Source: an uncultured delta proteobacterium
GTDB taxonomy: Bacteria; Myxococcota_A; Polyangia; Palsa-1104
Length of the DNA: 64,000 nt
Direction of reading: 5' to 3'
Assembly: GCA_963785725.1 (NCBI GenBank)
Contig: CAWAWS010000006.1
Span: forward strand, 96,001 to 160,000
Shown: piece by piece, positions 62,944 to 64,000 of the stretch
Numbering within the stretch: position 1 is the first letter of the stretch
Layout of the letters: every line of letters starts with the position of its first letter
Notes under the pieces: generated by a model
What the model saw: the letters and a program-made list of their open reading frames with translations, nothing else
What the model was told of the DNA's origin: nothing
The model's database searches: none
Position numbers and translations under genes: made by a program

Positions 62944-64000
62944 GTGGCGCATTTGGAATCGTTGGTGATTCTCGACGCTGCCGGACGCAGCGGCGCGGCC
63001 TTGGCCTTCGGATTCGAGCGTGCGGGATACCATGTCTACGCGACGCGCGAGCCCGATGATGCATTGGCGATGGCGCAGACGCGCGTGCCGCAGCTGGTGG
63101 TCGTTGCCGTCGACGGTGGCGAGTCGCTGTCGTTCGTCGGTCGCGTGCGTGAAGAGGCGCCGACACGCGAGCTGCCGGTCGTGGGCGTGGGCGAGCGCGA
63201 CCGGCGCGAAGAGGCCTTGCGCGCCGGCGTCGACGATTTCGTCACCCGACCCGCGTTCATCCGCGATGTGCTGACGTTGTCGCGGCTGGCGGTCGCCGTG
63301 CGCCAAGACGGCGATGACGGCGGCGTCGTCGGTCTGCTCGAAGACTACGGCCTCTACTTTTTGGTGCGCGCGCTCGCCGTCGCCGGCCGTTCGGGCGTGC
63401 TCGAGCTCGAGCGCGGGCGGCGCAGCGGCGAGGTGCGCTTCGCCCACGGCGCGGTCGTCGGCGCGCGCGTCGGCAAGATGAGCGGCGTGCAGGCCTTCAA
63501 CCATCTGCTGTTGTGGGGCGAGGCGTCGATGTCGCTGCGCTTCGAGTCGCCGGCAATGGAGCGGCGCATCGCCGTGCCCGTCGACGACCTGTTGGCGGCG
63601 GGCGCCGGCTTCGCGCGCGAGTTCGAGTCGCTGGCCGACCGCGTCGGCGGCGCGCAGGCGCTCTACGCGCACGAGCCGCGCCGCGCCGCCGAGCAGCGCG
63701 CGCAAATTCCCGCCGAAGTCATGGCGCTGCTCAAGCATTACGACGGGCAAAAGCCGCTCATCGACGTCGTCGAGGACTCGCCGTTCAAGGCGTTCGACAC
63801 GATCAAGATCACCTTTCGTTTGGCCGAGCTGGGCGCGATCTCGCGGCGTGAGCAGCGTGACTCGACGCCGCTGTCGGCGCAGCTGGCGGTGCGCGATTGG
63901 CTGCTCGGCGGCGCGACCGCCACCGACGATCGCGAGCGGACGGCCGCGACGGCGCGCGGCGTGACCGAAGCGGGGCGGCTGGCGGCCGAAGTCTACGCCG
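62944..64000 (+). CDS. 3'-truncated protein with atypical receiver domain and DUF4388-like domain
   Basis: (M)AHLESLVILDAAG..FGFERAGYHV..PQLVVV..GVDDFVTRP, then GLLEDYGLYFLVRAL..GRSGVLEL..GEVRFAHG. Frame is open to the window end; absent from the ORF track because it has no stop. Confidence 0.8.
   Translation, partial: MAHLESLVILDAAGRSGAALAFGFERAGYHVYATREPDDALAMAQTRVPQLVVVAVDGGESLSFVGRVREEAPTRELPVVGVGERDRREEALRAGVDDFVTRPAFIRDVLTLSRLAVAVRQDGDDGGVVGLLEDYGLYFLVRALAVAGRSGVLELERGRRSGEVRFAHGAVVGARVGKMSGVQAFNHLLLWGEASMSLRFESPAMERRIAVPVDDLLAAGAGFAREFESLADRVGGAQALYAHEPRRAAEQRAQIPAEVMALLKHYDGQKPLIDVVEDSPFKAFDTIKITFRLAELGAISRREQRDSTPLSAQLAVRDWLLGGATATDDRERTAATARGVTEAGRLAAEVYA

Overview
High-GC chromosomal segment, most consistent with a myxobacterium (Myxococcota): Ser/Thr kinase-PEGA proteins, FHA-sigma54 activators, DUF4388 and Cys-rich lipoproteins. 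About 60 CDSs can be supported. They include an ISC Fe-S operon (iscS-iscU-iscA-hscB-hscA-fdx) led by a MerR-family regulator with a four-Cys tail instead of iscR. Also present are rny, rnr, pcnB, a dGTPase, queC, a YhhQ-type queuosine-precursor transporter, an rpoH-like sigma factor, an ECF/anti-sigma pair, a HelD/UvrD-like helicase, a sulfonate/nitrate-type ABC importer and several signalling proteins. I recognised no tRNA, rRNA, CRISPR array, transposase or integrase. Three apparent +1 insertions (one in alkD, two in iscS) are probably sequencing errors. The most notable unexplained signals are: (i) the MerR-Cys4 gene with paired inverted operator-like boxes heading the ISC operon; (ii) nine copies of a GTCAA-N5-TTGAC palindrome, mostly on a 21-bp period, bracketing a three-gene block; (iii) a methyltransferase fused to a SPASM-like domain with no visible radical SAM core; (iv) many TANNNT boxes 6-9 nt before start codons without Shine-Dalgarno sites, suggesting leaderless and bidirectional promoters; (v) a 55-aa zinc-ribbon ORF missing from the ORF track, behind a sigma54 promoter; (vi) several pseudo-enzymes and gene remnants. 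All product calls come from motif recognition by eye; no searches were run.
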